This document shows, piece after piece, positions 30,411-40,419 of a stretch of DNA of 64,000 nt. Source of the DNA: a virus (Duplodnaviria; Caudoviricetes); the IMG/VR virus record IMGVR_UViG_3300021426_000086, positions 11,366 to 75,365 of that record; one strand, written 5' to 3'. The notes beneath the pieces are model-generated. The model was not told where the DNA came from. It did no database searches and was given only the letters and a program-made list of their open reading frames with translations. Position numbers and translations under genes: made by a program. Within the stretch, counting starts at the first letter, position 1; each line of letters begins with the position of its first letter.

Positions 30411-30740
30411 TCAGTCCTCCTTTTCTATTACGTTCATGTCAATATATGTGCCACCTGTAAAGATGGTATATACGATGCGCCCGTTAGGTTTGTCGCCAGG
30501 CTTAGACTTTACATAAGGTCGGCGAAAATTGGGCTGCTCAGTGTCAGTAAGTCGCTGTGCCAACTCGTCGGCGCTGGTATGGTTCTCTACCCATGGCATT
30601 GCCATCAGGTCGAGATCGTGTACTGCAGAGCCATGGATGGCAATAGCCCACCCACACTTAGCTGCTATTCTTCGATACTCTGGGAACTTGAATATCCAGA
30701 ATATTGCATTGTTATCTTCGAGTTTTTTCAAATCAAACAT
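30411..30740 (-). CDS. putative nucleotidyltransferase-fold phage protein
   Basis: HGSAVHDLDLMAMPW resembles the GS..DxD motif. Confidence 0.4.
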   Translation of the reverse strand: MFDLKKLEDNNAIFWIFKFPEYRRIAAKCGWAIAIHGSAVHDLDLMAMPWVENHTSADELAQRLTDTEQPNFRRPYVKSKPGDKPNGRIVYTIFTGGTYIDMNVIEKED

Positions 30741-30755
30741 AGTGTATTCAGTTTA

Positions 30756-31067
30756 TTAATAACACAATGCACAAAGTGCTTTGTTCTTAAATGCTTCATA
30801 GAATAAATGTCTGGCGATATTGCAGCCTTCAGAATCCTTGGCATCAGGATGCTTACATAAGATGTACGACTCGTTCATACGTACACCAGCTGTAACACCA
30901 AACGACCATGGGTGGATAGAACTTCCATAATACTTACATCTCTGGCATCTTTCGCTACCAGCTTTGCAAGGCAGTCCGCTGCCTTTGCATTTTGTGTCCC
31001 ATTCAACGAAATGGAAATCAATCTCTATCTGTCCTGTCTGGTAATCAAATGTAGTTGCCATAGTCAC
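30756..31067 (-). CDS. Cys-rich hypothetical protein
   Basis: 103-aa ORF. Confidence 0.6.
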   Translation of the reverse strand: MTMATTFDYQTGQIEIDFHFVEWDTKCKGSGLPCKAGSERCQRCKYYGSSIHPWSFGVTAGVRMNESYILCKHPDAKDSEGCNIARHLFYEAFKNKALCALCY

Positions 31068-31073
31068 TTCTCC

Positions 31074-31604
31074 TTATTTTTTCTTAAATCTATCAGAACA
31101 TTGCAGTTGGATTTCGGGATTGTCGTGGATGTTGCCGATAATCTCGAAGTCGAAGATGGGGTTACTGCGCTTCTGATCGCCCCAAAGGCAACTGATGTAG
31201 GTGTCGTTTTCCCAGTCCAGACTTACCATCATCATGCCCTCGTCGAAAGCTACGGCGGTGATGCTCTCGGCCTCCAGCTCGTCCATCAGGTCGTCGAGGT
31301 CGAACATACGGCGCATTTCCTTGGCTTCTTCTTGCGGCATCTTGGGGTTCCATGATAGGTTACTAAACGTGCGCAGTCGCAGTATGTCGCCCTCGTACAC
31401 GCCATTGCCCATCTTATCCGTAAGACCAGTGTACTCGCCCACTGTATCGGGGTCAACCTGGAACTTCTCGTAATCGTCAATATCCAGCAAGTTTGTAGGT
31501 AGCATATACTGCTCGCCGCCATCATCATAAAAGTTGCCATACAGCCACTCGCCGCTGATGATACTCTTGCCTCGAAACTTAATGATTCGCTGTGCCATAA
31601 TCAC
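31074..31604 (-). CDS. YopX family protein
   Basis: IKFRGK...W.YG, TVGEYTGLTDK.G..VYEGDIL and IIGNIHDNPE motifs. Confidence 0.85.
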   Translation of the reverse strand: MIMAQRIIKFRGKSIISGEWLYGNFYDDGGEQYMLPTNLLDIDDYEKFQVDPDTVGEYTGLTDKMGNGVYEGDILRLRTFSNLSWNPKMPQEEAKEMRRMFDLDDLMDELEAESITAVAFDEGMMMVSLDWENDTYISCLWGDQKRSNPIFDFEIIGNIHDNPEIQLQCSDRFKKK

Positions 31605-32023
31605 TCCTCCTTATTGATTAGATTCTCCAAACAATACTTGATAGTTGCTTCTGCAGCGCCGAAGTGCGACGTATATGTACCGCTTGCAGGGTCGTCGCCA
31701 TCATCTTCGAGAAATTTTATGTCGGTGCCGCTCGGTATTGCCACTACGCAGCCTATCCAACCATATGCCGTGCGATATACTTCTACACTCAGATTATGCT
31801 TTTGTCGCAACCACTCGCAAGCCATCTGATGAGTAGGCGCAGAATAAAACTTGCGTTCGGGGTATGTGTGATACCAATCGCAAGGCTGATAAACATTGCC
31901 AACCCTGCTGCAAAACTCCTTTTTCTTGATGTCGTAGAAAGGAACCGTAGGCCAGTCGAAACCATTCTCTTGCAGCAACTTTGCAACGTCGTAGCTTACA
32001 AAATCTTCATATCCTATTTTCAT
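31601..32023 (-). CDS. hypothetical phage protein
   Basis: 140 aa; EDFVSYDVAKLL...APT...ACEWLR. Confidence 0.65.
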   Translation of the reverse strand: MKIGYEDFVSYDVAKLLQENGFDWPTVPFYDIKKKEFCSRVGNVYQPCDWYHTYPERKFYSAPTHQMACEWLRQKHNLSVEVYRTAYGWIGCVVAIPSGTDIKFLEDDGDDPASGTYTSHFGAAEATIKYCLENLINKEE

Positions 32024-32041
32024 TGTTTAGCCTCCTGCTTT

Positions 32042-32875
32042 TTATCCTACTTCTATCTCGTATCTGATGCGGATGCCCCAGCGACGGGCGATGGCCTCTA
32101 AGCCTTTGCGGGTCAGTCCGTAGAATATCGTATGGCCTATCTCGCCCCATCGTTTAGCATAACCGTTACGCACAAGGTCCTCCCATTCGGGTATGCACTC
32201 GTTATAGCACGATCCGTTGCGGAAGGCTTTGTAGAGTCCGTCCTTTACCTTGTCGTGCTCGATGCCAATGCAATGTTCCATGCGCTCGTAGTGCTTCTCC
32301 TTTGGCATGAAGTCGGGTTCGCGCTCGTTCATGTCGAGCACTTGGAATGAGTGAACGTAGTCCTTTTCGGCATTGCGCTCTTCCATGTACTCCTTGACCT
32401 TCTCACGTTCATCGGGACCAAAGAACTTCATCGAGTCCATTTTGAATTGACCGCAATGTCCGTGACCGACAAGGAATCCCATTGTATGATACGACTGCGA
32501 CAGATGTACGGCTGCGGGTTTCTGCGTGAGCATACTCAGCAGGTCGAAGTCTTGATTCAGCAGCCACAACAGCATCTTCGGGTGTTCCGTTATACTCGCT
32601 GACTTTGTACTGCGGCTGTACGGATAGCGGTAGTCCACATGATACGAAAGCGCGTTGTAGTCGAAGAACATCACGGTCAGCGATTTCTCGCCGTCGCTGA
32701 TGCGTGTCTGCTCGAAGTCAATTACGATGGTGTTCTTGAACATGTTACGGTCGATGTCCGTAATTGTAAAGTTACCCCAATAATCCTTGTGGCCGTAGCA
32801 GCCACTCATCTCGACGATCACTCGAAGCTCTTGGTCGGTGATGTCTCTCAGTTGTCTTTTACCTGGTGTAAACAT
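32042..32875 (-). CDS. hypothetical protein
   Basis: 277-aa ORF. Confidence 0.65.
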   Translation of the reverse strand: MFTPGKRQLRDITDQELRVIVEMSGCYGHKDYWGNFTITDIDRNMFKNTIVIDFEQTRISDGEKSLTVMFFDYNALSYHVDYRYPYSRSTKSASITEHPKMLLWLLNQDFDLLSMLTQKPAAVHLSQSYHTMGFLVGHGHCGQFKMDSMKFFGPDEREKVKEYMEERNAEKDYVHSFQVLDMNEREPDFMPKEKHYERMEHCIGIEHDKVKDGLYKAFRNGSCYNECIPEWEDLVRNGYAKRWGEIGHTIFYGLTRKGLEAIARRWGIRIRYEIEVG

Positions 32876-32877
32876 GA

Positions 32878-33027
32878 TTATTCCTCTTTATTGTTTTTAC
32901 TGATAATCTGATGACTCTTGTCGATGATGACGGTGCCAAAGCGAACGGCACAGAGCGTGATAGTCAACCCCAGCCAGTGCCAGAAGTCGCAGAAAAAGAA
33001 CTCACACAGATACTTTGCTGTCTCCAT
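32878..33027 (-). CDS. small membrane protein (49 aa; not in the ORF track)
   Basis: Hand translation METAKYLCEFFFCDFWHWLGLTITLC...; exactly fills the gap between neighbours. Confidence 0.55.
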   Translation of the reverse strand: METAKYLCEFFFCDFWHWLGLTITLCAVRFGTVIIDKSHQIISKNNKEE

Positions 33028-33029
33028 AA

Positions 33030-33719
33030 TCACTCCTCCATTTCTATTCTTATTTCTTGCTTAAAGTTGCCAGTGTTGGCCATGGGCATCAGTACAAGCT
33101 GCATACCGTCGCATACCTCAAACCAGTTCATGCCGGTTTCGCTCTCGCCAACCCACGTCATCTGCTCAAAACCCATCAGGCGCAGGGTTTCTACAACCTT
33201 CCACACGCGGCGGGCATCGAAAAAAGTGCGGTGCATAATGAATACCGAACCCTCGGGCACCAGCATTCGGCCAGTCTTTACGGGAACATAATCCTCGCGT
33301 ATGCCTGTGCCGTCGCATATCGGGCAGTCGCATTCGTGATAGTAGGTTTCGCCGTTTTCGGCGTTGTACTCAAACTCCACCTTTCCTTCGCCGAGGCACT
33401 CAGGGCAGTCCTTATCCTTGCCATCTTCTGACACCTCCTCGGGCACCAACTCCAGTTGCTTGTAGGCATCGTCGATAGCCGCAAAACTGATGGGGATGCT
33501 GATGGGTTTGTACGACTGCTGACGGGGTATCTTCAGGCTGTCGGTCTCGTACTTGCAGCGCAGCAGTTTCTTATCCACTATCAGCAGCACGTAGCCGTCG
33601 GTGGCTATCACCTTGCCATCATACACGCTATTGATAAACGGGCGTGTCAACTGCTTACGAAAGTGCGTATCTTCCGAGCAGAACATCTGCAGGGCCTTTT
33701 TCTCGTTTTTGATTTTCAT
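33030..33719 (-). CDS. beta-clamp-like fragment carrying a DnaJ-type zinc finger
   Basis: VIATDGYVL and terminal LVLMPM (clamp-like); CPECLGEG and CPICDGTG repeats. ATG 33719 chosen as start. Confidence 0.5.
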   Translation of the reverse strand: MKIKNEKKALQMFCSEDTHFRKQLTRPFINSVYDGKVIATDGYVLLIVDKKLLRCKYETDSLKIPRQQSYKPISIPISFAAIDDAYKQLELVPEEVSEDGKDKDCPECLGEGKVEFEYNAENGETYYHECDCPICDGTGIREDYVPVKTGRMLVPEGSVFIMHRTFFDARRVWKVVETLRLMGFEQMTWVGESETGMNWFEVCDGMQLVLMPMANTGNFKQEIRIEMEE

Positions 33720-33747
33720 ATCGCCTAATGTTTTAAATGTTTCTGAA

Positions 33748-34449
33748 TCAATGCCTGCGGCGGGCCTGTTTTTGCTGGCGGCGCTTAGCTTTTTTCTTTT
33801 TAGCGGCATTCTTGGGCTCCTGATAGTTGTAATGCTTGTGGTTATAGATGGCACCGAATTTTCCATAGGAAGATATTGGGCGTGCGCTGTCGGCCACCTC
33901 GCGCTGTTTCTGCATCTCTTCGTGTTCCTGGCGCTCCTCGGCAGTCCACGGCTTAACCACGTGGCGATGGCCGATGGCATCAATGTAGGTAATGTCGTAG
34001 CCGGTAAGATCGTACTTGTTACCCTCCTTATCGCCCACCTCGCCAAGTATCTTCAGTAGGCGCTCGCCATCGTTACGAATGGCTTCCTCGATGTGCTTTG
34101 GGCGGCCAAAGTCGGATGATGAGTCGTAGAGTGTTACGCGGTGGTTCTCGCCATCCACACCCCAGAAACCACCACCATCGCATCGCTGGTTGTAGATTTC
34201 ATCCTGCGAAAGCAGTGAGCGGTGCATATCAGTATATCGAGCACGGAAGCAGTAGCTGCCATGATTTTTTACGATAACATACTTGGGCTCAAGTTCGCTG
34301 CGAATAAACTCCTCCTCTTCTTCCCAGTTGGGTTTTTCGCGATGCGTAGGGTCGGCCATCAGTCCCTTTAACTTATCTTCCAGTCCATCGCCCTGATGTG
34401 CCGAAAGCATTTCTCTTAGTTGGTCGTAACTTCTGTCTTGCATAATCAC
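33748..34449 (-). CDS. hypothetical protein
   Basis: 233 aa with a basic C-terminus. Confidence 0.65.
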   Translation of the reverse strand: MIMQDRSYDQLREMLSAHQGDGLEDKLKGLMADPTHREKPNWEEEEEFIRSELEPKYVIVKNHGSYCFRARYTDMHRSLLSQDEIYNQRCDGGGFWGVDGENHRVTLYDSSSDFGRPKHIEEAIRNDGERLLKILGEVGDKEGNKYDLTGYDITYIDAIGHRHVVKPWTAEERQEHEEMQKQREVADSARPISSYGKFGAIYNHKHYNYQEPKNAAKKKKAKRRQQKQARRRH

Positions 34450-34808
34450 TTCTTCTTATTAAATACTCGTGCCCAGAAACCGCGACATTCCAGAGCCATT
34501 AGGCGGCGACTTAGGGTGGTTTTCTCGTCGGCCAGTTCGGTGGCTACTTTAGTCAGGCGCTCTATCTCCTTCTGAGCATCGGCCAGCACCTTATCCTTGC
34601 TAAATATTTCGAGGGTGTTACGCTCGCGCAGCATCTCGTATTCCGACTCCCAGCCCTTTGGTGCCTTGCGCCAACACTGGGTGATGTATCGCACCATGTA
34701 GCCGCGCTCGTCGGCTTTGGCTGCAATCTCCTCCATCAACTGCTGCTTATCTTTCTGATCCTGCACCAGCTGCTCGTACTCTTCGATAGGCAATGTTACT
34801 GTTTTCAT
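34446..34808 (-). CDS. coiled-coil hypothetical protein
   Basis: 120-aa ORF. Confidence 0.65.
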   Translation of the reverse strand: MKTVTLPIEEYEQLVQDQKDKQQLMEEIAAKADERGYMVRYITQCWRKAPKGWESEYEMLRERNTLEIFSKDKVLADAQKEIERLTKVATELADEKTTLSRRLMALECRGFWARVFNKKK

Positions 34809-34817
34809 ACGTTTAAT

Positions 34818-36893
34818 TCATTTATCTTTAACTCTTGGCTCTGCATTAAAGCCGTATTTATCGCACAGCTCACGTATGCGACTGTTTTTCTTTACGTGCT
34901 GTACCATTCGACTCCAGATGGAGTGCATCTCGGTCTCGCTTGGTAGTGGTCGGCGATGGTGCTGGGCGGTAAATGCCTCCATCATCTTTATCTTGTCATC
35001 AAGCGATATGGTCTTGGCATCGTACTGCTGGCGCAGGGCTATCACGCGGCTGTCGTCCTTGTGGTGCCAAACGATATACCGCCAGATGGCGTATTCTTTT
35101 TTCTCACTCGTGTTGGGGCGACGACCATGCTTAGCCGTAAACTCCTGCATTGCTTCTATCTTCTCGTCGGTGGTCAGCGTCTTGGGACCGTACTTCTGGC
35201 GCATGGCTATCACTCGTGGATCATCTTTGCCAGGGTCGAGCATATCGTGCCACACGCGATACATCTCTTTCTCGGCAGGCACGGGCTTACGACCGTAGCG
35301 GGCTGTAAACTGCAGCATGGTTTCTACGTGCTCCTCCTGAGTCATCTTGGTGGGCATGTATTTTTCGCGCATGGCTTTTACACGCGGGTCGCCTTTGTCC
35401 TCGGATGTCATCGTGCCCCAGATGGCGTACATCTCCTTTTCGCTCCACAGTGGCTTGCGATGGTGCTTGGCGGTAAACTCCTGCATCATCTGTATTTTGA
35501 CCTCCTGCGACAGCACCTTGCGCCCGTATCGCTCCACCAGGGCTTGCACCTCGGGGCGGTCGGCATACTTGCGCAGCTTTATGTAGTTCAAGCGTATCTC
35601 TCTGTCGGCCTTCTTGCCGGGGAAATGGCCGTGCTCCTCGCAGTAGGCAGTAACCTGTGCCAGGCACTCCTCGAATGATACGTAGGTGTGCAGGGCGGGT
35701 GCAAACTCTTTCATTAGTCGGTTGATGGATAGCGTATAGTCGTGTACTTCAAATTTGCGGGGCTGGCGACCTTCAATCTCAGCCTGTGGCACCTCGATGG
35801 CGTTAAACTCGTCCTGCAGACACTTGATGGCATTGGTAGTAGTGATGTTATCCACCATATCCAGCACCAGCGGCTTCTGCGTGTTAGCAGCGGTAAGGCA
35901 TCGGCCCATCTGCTGCATATAGATAATGCGGCTGGCAGTGGTGCGCAGCATCAGCACGGCGTTCACGTTGGGCACGTGTATGCCCTCGTTCAGCATGTTT
36001 ACACTAAACATCAGCTGCAGTCCGTTGCCATCGTTTTGCTCAAAGCGTTCCATCTGCTCGCGCTGTTCGCGGTCGGTCAGGTTAGAGTGCATCAGGCATA
36101 TTCCCTGTACCTTAAACCCAGCTTTGGTGAACCATTCCACCACGTCGTGCTGCATCTGGTCGATACTCTCTATGCCACCACAGAACACGATTACGCGGCG
36201 TGCATCGCGGTCAAGATGTTTTTTCAGAATGGCTGGCATGCCATACGACATCTCCCAGTGCAGGCGTGCATTGCTCAGGCGGAAGATGCGGTCGCGCTTG
36301 TCATCGTCGGTCAACGTGCGATTGCGGTTGATACGATCGGTGGCTTCGGCGATGGCTTTGTCCCAGCGGAACAATCCGCTCACGTAGCGCGGTATGGGCA
36401 GTATGTTGCGGTTCCATGCCTCGGCTATCGACATCTGACTGGCTACGTTTCCACCGAAAAGCTCGTCGGCCATATCGCGGTTGTCGTCGAGCCAGCGCAC
36501 GGGTGTAGCAGTAGTGCCCAGCACCTTGGCCTGCGGATTGAGTGCCAACAGTCGGTCGATAGCTGCACCCCACTCGGGAGCACCAGCACGATGGAACTCG
36601 TCAAGGCATATCAGATCGTAATCCGTGCGTGGATTCTCGGTGTGCATCAGCAGCGCATAGGTCATATATTCTATGCCACGCTTGCGCCACTTCAGCACGT
36701 CGGCCACCTGGTCGAGCACAAACGTATTAGGCCCCAGCACCAACACCCGCTTGTAGCCCTCGCTTACGGCGGCTATCAGGTAGCTTTTGCCAGTGCCTGT
36801 TGGGTGTACCACACAGGTACGGTCGGCGCTCTTCAGTGCCTCTATTACCTTGCGGTAAGCCATTTTGTTGTGTTCTAACAGTGATGTTCGCAT
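34818..36893 (-). CDS. superfamily 2 helicase (DEAH-like/ResIII) with C-terminal helical repeats
   Basis: PTGTGKS, DEFH, TATP, LNEGIHVP, QQMGR motifs; about five 50-aa repeats at the C-terminus. Confidence 0.85.
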   Translation of the reverse strand: MRTSLLEHNKMAYRKVIEALKSADRTCVVHPTGTGKSYLIAAVSEGYKRVLVLGPNTFVLDQVADVLKWRKRGIEYMTYALLMHTENPRTDYDLICLDEFHRAGAPEWGAAIDRLLALNPQAKVLGTTATPVRWLDDNRDMADELFGGNVASQMSIAEAWNRNILPIPRYVSGLFRWDKAIAEATDRINRNRTLTDDDKRDRIFRLSNARLHWEMSYGMPAILKKHLDRDARRVIVFCGGIESIDQMQHDVVEWFTKAGFKVQGICLMHSNLTDREQREQMERFEQNDGNGLQLMFSVNMLNEGIHVPNVNAVLMLRTTASRIIYMQQMGRCLTAANTQKPLVLDMVDNITTTNAIKCLQDEFNAIEVPQAEIEGRQPRKFEVHDYTLSINRLMKEFAPALHTYVSFEECLAQVTAYCEEHGHFPGKKADREIRLNYIKLRKYADRPEVQALVERYGRKVLSQEVKIQMMQEFTAKHHRKPLWSEKEMYAIWGTMTSEDKGDPRVKAMREKYMPTKMTQEEHVETMLQFTARYGRKPVPAEKEMYRVWHDMLDPGKDDPRVIAMRQKYGPKTLTTDEKIEAMQEFTAKHGRRPNTSEKKEYAIWRYIVWHHKDDSRVIALRQQYDAKTISLDDKIKMMEAFTAQHHRRPLPSETEMHSIWSRMVQHVKKNSRIRELCDKYGFNAEPRVKDK

Positions 36894-36896
36894 CGG

Positions 36897-37157
36897 TTAT
36901 TCCTCCCTTTTTTCGATGATGTCAATTTTGATGCAGCAGGGCTGCGAGTTGAACCAGCTGGCCATCAGCAGGGCTATCTCGTCCTGATGCAGGCGGTGGG
37001 TTCGCGCCATGTGCGCCACCATCTTGTCGAAGTCGGCAAACACGGCTGTCTGGTGCTCGGGCTTAAAGCCCTTCAGTCGCTTCTGTATCAGCTCTTGTAA
37101 TGCTTCGTCTCTGTTCATCGGCTCAGTCCTCCTCGTCAATATCCTGTATGGCTGCAT
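36897..37157 (-). CDS. hypothetical protein
   Basis: 86-aa ORF. Confidence 0.55.
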   Translation of the reverse strand: MQPYRILTRRTEPMNRDEALQELIQKRLKGFKPEHQTAVFADFDKMVAHMARTHRLHQDEIALLMASWFNSQPCCIKIDIIEKREE

Positions 37158-37617
37158 CGGCCTGCAGGGTGATGATGCGATGGTGAATCATCGACTTGCA
37201 CGTGTCGAGCAACTTGGGCCATCCGTACACGGCATACACGGCACCATTTACTATCAGCCCCATCTGCAGCAGCTGGAACATGGCCATTGACACGTCGTCG
37301 CGGTAGTCCTGCGTAATCTCGAATATCGAGTGGCCCGTAACGCTCTGTATGTAGCTCTCCATCAGCTCAGGCTTGCACTCGGCTATGTGGTGGCTGTGCG
37401 ATGCCTGGTAGTCATCTATATACCACAGCGCCTTCTTCAGATCCTCCACCTCCTTATCCACATCGTCCTTGCCCATTTCGGGTTTCAGTCCGGCACGCCA
37501 CAGGTACTTCAGCGCATTGGCCACATCGCAGGTGTAGTTGCGGATGATGCTGATGCACTCTATACCAGCGGGGTGCTGATTATAGTGCTGGGGATGATTT
37601 ACGTTTTTGTTTGCCAT
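37123..37617 (-). CDS. DUF3310 family phage protein
   Basis: NVNHPQHY...IECI...NALKYLWRAG.K...DLKKALWYI signature. Confidence 0.8.
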   Translation of the reverse strand: MANKNVNHPQHYNQHPAGIECISIIRNYTCDVANALKYLWRAGLKPEMGKDDVDKEVEDLKKALWYIDDYQASHSHHIAECKPELMESYIQSVTGHSIFEITQDYRDDVSMAMFQLLQMGLIVNGAVYAVYGWPKLLDTCKSMIHHRIITLQADAAIQDIDEED

Positions 37618-37933
37618 ATTTGTATTTTGGGTTTTAAGTTTTGCTATCGTTTTGGGATGTTTGGGTTTCAGCCCCCGCTGGGGCGAGCGGCAAGCCTGCA
37701 ATCACTGCTGTCAGCTGCTCAGATTGTTTAATGAAAGGAGGGACATCAACAGATGCCCTTGGTGGATATCTCTCAAAATTTCTGTGATTATTATCTTACC
37801 ACTCTCCGCCAAAGGGTCGGAACCCCAGAGCGTCGAGCTCGGCCTCCAGCTTGCGGTCTATCACGCGCGGCTTCTTCGGCCTTGGCTCGGTGAGTATCAT
37901 GCTTTCGTCGTCGGGAATCATACCTTATATATA

Positions 37934-38290
37934 TTATAGCGATAAAATAAGCTCTACGGCAGCCATGATGGTTACAATCATCTTTAGCATATAGATAATC
38001 CAGTCAACCGTGGTGATGTAATCGGGATAGCCGTAGCACTCACCGTTGAACTCGATGCCCTGCAGTCGCTTCTGTTGGCGCACAAACAGCTCCAGTGCAA
38101 AGCCCTGCCACAAGTACTGCAGCACGCCCAGCATCAGCGCCACCATCGCCAACTCCAAACTCACTGCGCCGTGGCCAGTGGTTACATATACCACCAGTGC
38201 CGCCAGCGTAATCAAGTACATCAGCATGTTGCCGCTCTTGGTTCGGGCGTACAACTCCTGGTTAGCCTCGTTAATCTTAATTTTCTCCAT
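37934..38290 (-). CDS. membrane protein (3 predicted TM helices)
   Basis: Hydrophobic segments in a 118-aa ORF. Confidence 0.65.
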   Translation of the reverse strand: MEKIKINEANQELYARTKSGNMLMYLITLAALVVYVTTGHGAVSLELAMVALMLGVLQYLWQGFALELFVRQQKRLQGIEFNGECYGYPDYITTVDWIIYMLKMIVTIMAAVELILSL

Positions 38291-38402
38291 ATCGCCTTTA
38301 TATTTAGTTACCGTTAATTAAACCAAGCATCAGCAGGTATAGTCTGGTGATTGCTCTCGTCGAACTTTGGAAAGTCCTGATCCTCGTTGTGTCTGTTTGT
38401 TG

Positions 38403-38669
38403 TCATTTCTTTTTGCGTTTTTTGTTTTGTGGATGATGGTTTGCGTATATCTTCAGCGCCGTTTTGCGATTGCTGGCCAGTATGCGCTCACCTTTTATTA
38501 TAAACTCGTGTTTGTCTGTGGCGGCAGGGTTCATCCTGTGGTAGCGGTCCTTGCGCTCGTCGTCGCTCTCGCCTGCGTGCGGCTGTCGTGGTGGTGCGTA
38601 TATGTCGCGCATGCCATGTCCTGCCAGCATCAGCATCGCCGCCATTATGCCTAAACTCTTCCTTGTCAT
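38403..38669 (-). CDS. hypothetical protein
   Basis: 88-aa ORF. Confidence 0.6.
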   Translation of the reverse strand: MTRKSLGIMAAMLMLAGHGMRDIYAPPRQPHAGESDDERKDRYHRMNPAATDKHEFIIKGERILASNRKTALKIYANHHPQNKKRKKK

Positions 38670-39061
38670 TCTTCTGTGGCTTTTTTGTTCTCAGTCGTTC
38701 CGTGTTCCATCGCATACTTACGCAGTGCATAAGTGCGAGCCTGCAGTCCGATGGCCTGTATCACCTTGCGCACGGCAGCTGGCTGTTTACTCTTCTTCTG
38801 CCAAATCAGCTCAAACTCGGCCCAAAGTTTCTCTGGGTCGTTGTAACCAAACTTTCTGCTGAATAGCTCCCAGTCGTTCTTCTCGTTGTAGTGATTGCCA
38901 TACTTTTTGCGTTCATCGTTCAGCATCTTATGCACACTTTTTACAGCCTCCTTTACACCATCAATCAGGTAGTCGTGCGGAATCTCAAACATTTCGTCAT
39001 TTACCTGCTGGTCGTCGTTTTCAGCCGTTGTCACGGCAGATGTTTTGTCGTTTAGTGCCAT
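38666..39061 (-). CDS. hypothetical protein, first gene of the leftward operon
   Basis: 131-aa ORF. Confidence 0.65.
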   Translation of the reverse strand: MALNDKTSAVTTAENDDQQVNDEMFEIPHDYLIDGVKEAVKSVHKMLNDERKKYGNHYNEKNDWELFSRKFGYNDPEKLWAEFELIWQKKSKQPAAVRKVIQAIGLQARTYALRKYAMEHGTTENKKATEE

Positions 39062-39189
39062 ATCGTTCTTATTTATATTATATTGTTTTAGGCCAATAAT
39101 TTCACCCAGATATTTGTTAAATTTACACCGCTTGTCAGCCTGTTGTCATCGCGTAAATTTTAAATTACCTTAAAATTTTACATCGGTTT

Positions 39190-39219
39190 TTTGTTATCGG
39201 GAGAAAAGCCGTACCTTTG
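39190..39219 (+). promoter_or_regulatory. rightward promoter (TTTG-18 nt-TACCTTTG) toward the repressor gene
   Basis: Bacteroidetes -33/-7 consensus. Confidence 0.6.
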
Positions 39220-39351
39220 CAAACGTTTCAAGTCAGGCGTAAGGTGGTGCTTTTGTCGCTCCCAAAAGGTATTCGCAGTACCTTTACGGCATTTTTCCAC
39301 CCGATAGTTTAGGCCAAGTTGTATTTCGCAGCGAGTGCCGATTTTTGCCTG

Positions 39352-39387
39352 CAAATATACACATAAAAATTGTATTTGTGCTAATTC
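39352..39387 (-). promoter_or_regulatory. leftward promoter TATATTTG with GAATTAGCACAA motif
   Basis: Near-copy of 26411-26447. Confidence 0.7.
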
Positions 39388-39437
39388 ACGTAAATTATTA
39401 AGATAAATTAATACAAACGTGACTAATTTAAGCGCTT

Positions 39438-40115
39438 ATGATACGGATTAGTAAAAAAAAGAAGAAAGCAGGCATTTTGCCAAACCATCGGGTTATTGCG
39501 ATGGTAGATTACATTCTCGACCATCGAGTTTACGCTGATCAGAAGCAGCTGGCAGCAGCTGCAGGTCTTACCAACACCACTATCTCGCGCATGAAGAGTG
39601 GCGCCATCAAGAATCCCACCATGAGCTCGCTGATTAAGATCAACGATGCTTGTGGTGGCATTTTCAATATGGATTATCTTCGTGGCCGTAGCAACACCAT
39701 GTTGGCTGCCGAAGCTGTTACCCCTACTACCGATGCCGCCGCACCCGCACAGCCCGCCGTTATGCCCGCCAGCAATGCCGAGCTTAGCAGCTATGTCAAC
39801 AGTGCCCTGGCCAGCAAGGATGAAACCATCGAGGCTCTTAAATCAAAGTTGGCTGACCTTGGTACACTGGTTGACGAACTTCGCGAACAACTGGCCGAGA
39901 AGCGTCGCGACAAAGCCGAGCTGCAGGATGAGAATTGTCGTCTGCGCAAGGAACTATCTGATGTCAAGCTGGAGCGCGACCGCTTGCGAGCCCAGTTAGA
40001 TGCCGACCCGCTACGCCACTATCCTTACCCGATAGGCGTAGCCGAGCCAGGCAGCAAGTCGCAGGTAGGCACCGGCGATGCCGCCGCAGTCCCCACCCAG
40101 AGCGACGCCTTGTAA
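39438..40115 (+). CDS. XRE-family HTH repressor candidate with a coiled-coil tail
   Basis: QKQLAAAAGLTNTTISRMKSG HTH; divergent from the lytic-side operon; upstream of the integrase. Confidence 0.7.
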   Translation: MIRISKKKKKAGILPNHRVIAMVDYILDHRVYADQKQLAAAAGLTNTTISRMKSGAIKNPTMSSLIKINDACGGIFNMDYLRGRSNTMLAAEAVTPTTDAAAPAQPAVMPASNAELSSYVNSALASKDETIEALKSKLADLGTLVDELREQLAEKRRDKAELQDENCRLRKELSDVKLERDRLRAQLDADPLRHYPYPIGVAEPGSKSQVGTGDAAAVPTQSDAL

Positions 40116-40140
40116 CCATCCATCGCAAAAGCGCTAATTT

Positions 40141-40419
40141 TGTTATACCCCTGCGCTCACTCATTTCTGCGAAAACCCCATAAACACTAAGGTTTCCGCC
40201 AATTCCACCCGAGCCCCAAACGGATCACTACTTTGGGAGGGAGGAGGAATAAACGGAAAACCTGAATAATACTGGGAATGCGGCGCGGAGCCGCTTAAAT
40301 ACACGGAAAACTTTCACTTTGTTTAGTTGTGAGCGCTGGGGGAATCCGGGGCAAATTGGGGTATATCGGTAGTGATGTTTTACCCCTTTCGAGAAAAAGG
40401 TACAACCAAGGGTACAACA
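40141..40419. other. putative attP: tRNA-3'-like core at 40210-40228 plus TGTTNTACCC arm-type repeats
   Basis: CGAGCCCCAAACGGATCAC; TGTTATACCC 40141, TGTTTTACCC 40376, inverted TGTTGTACCC 40410. Confidence 0.5.
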
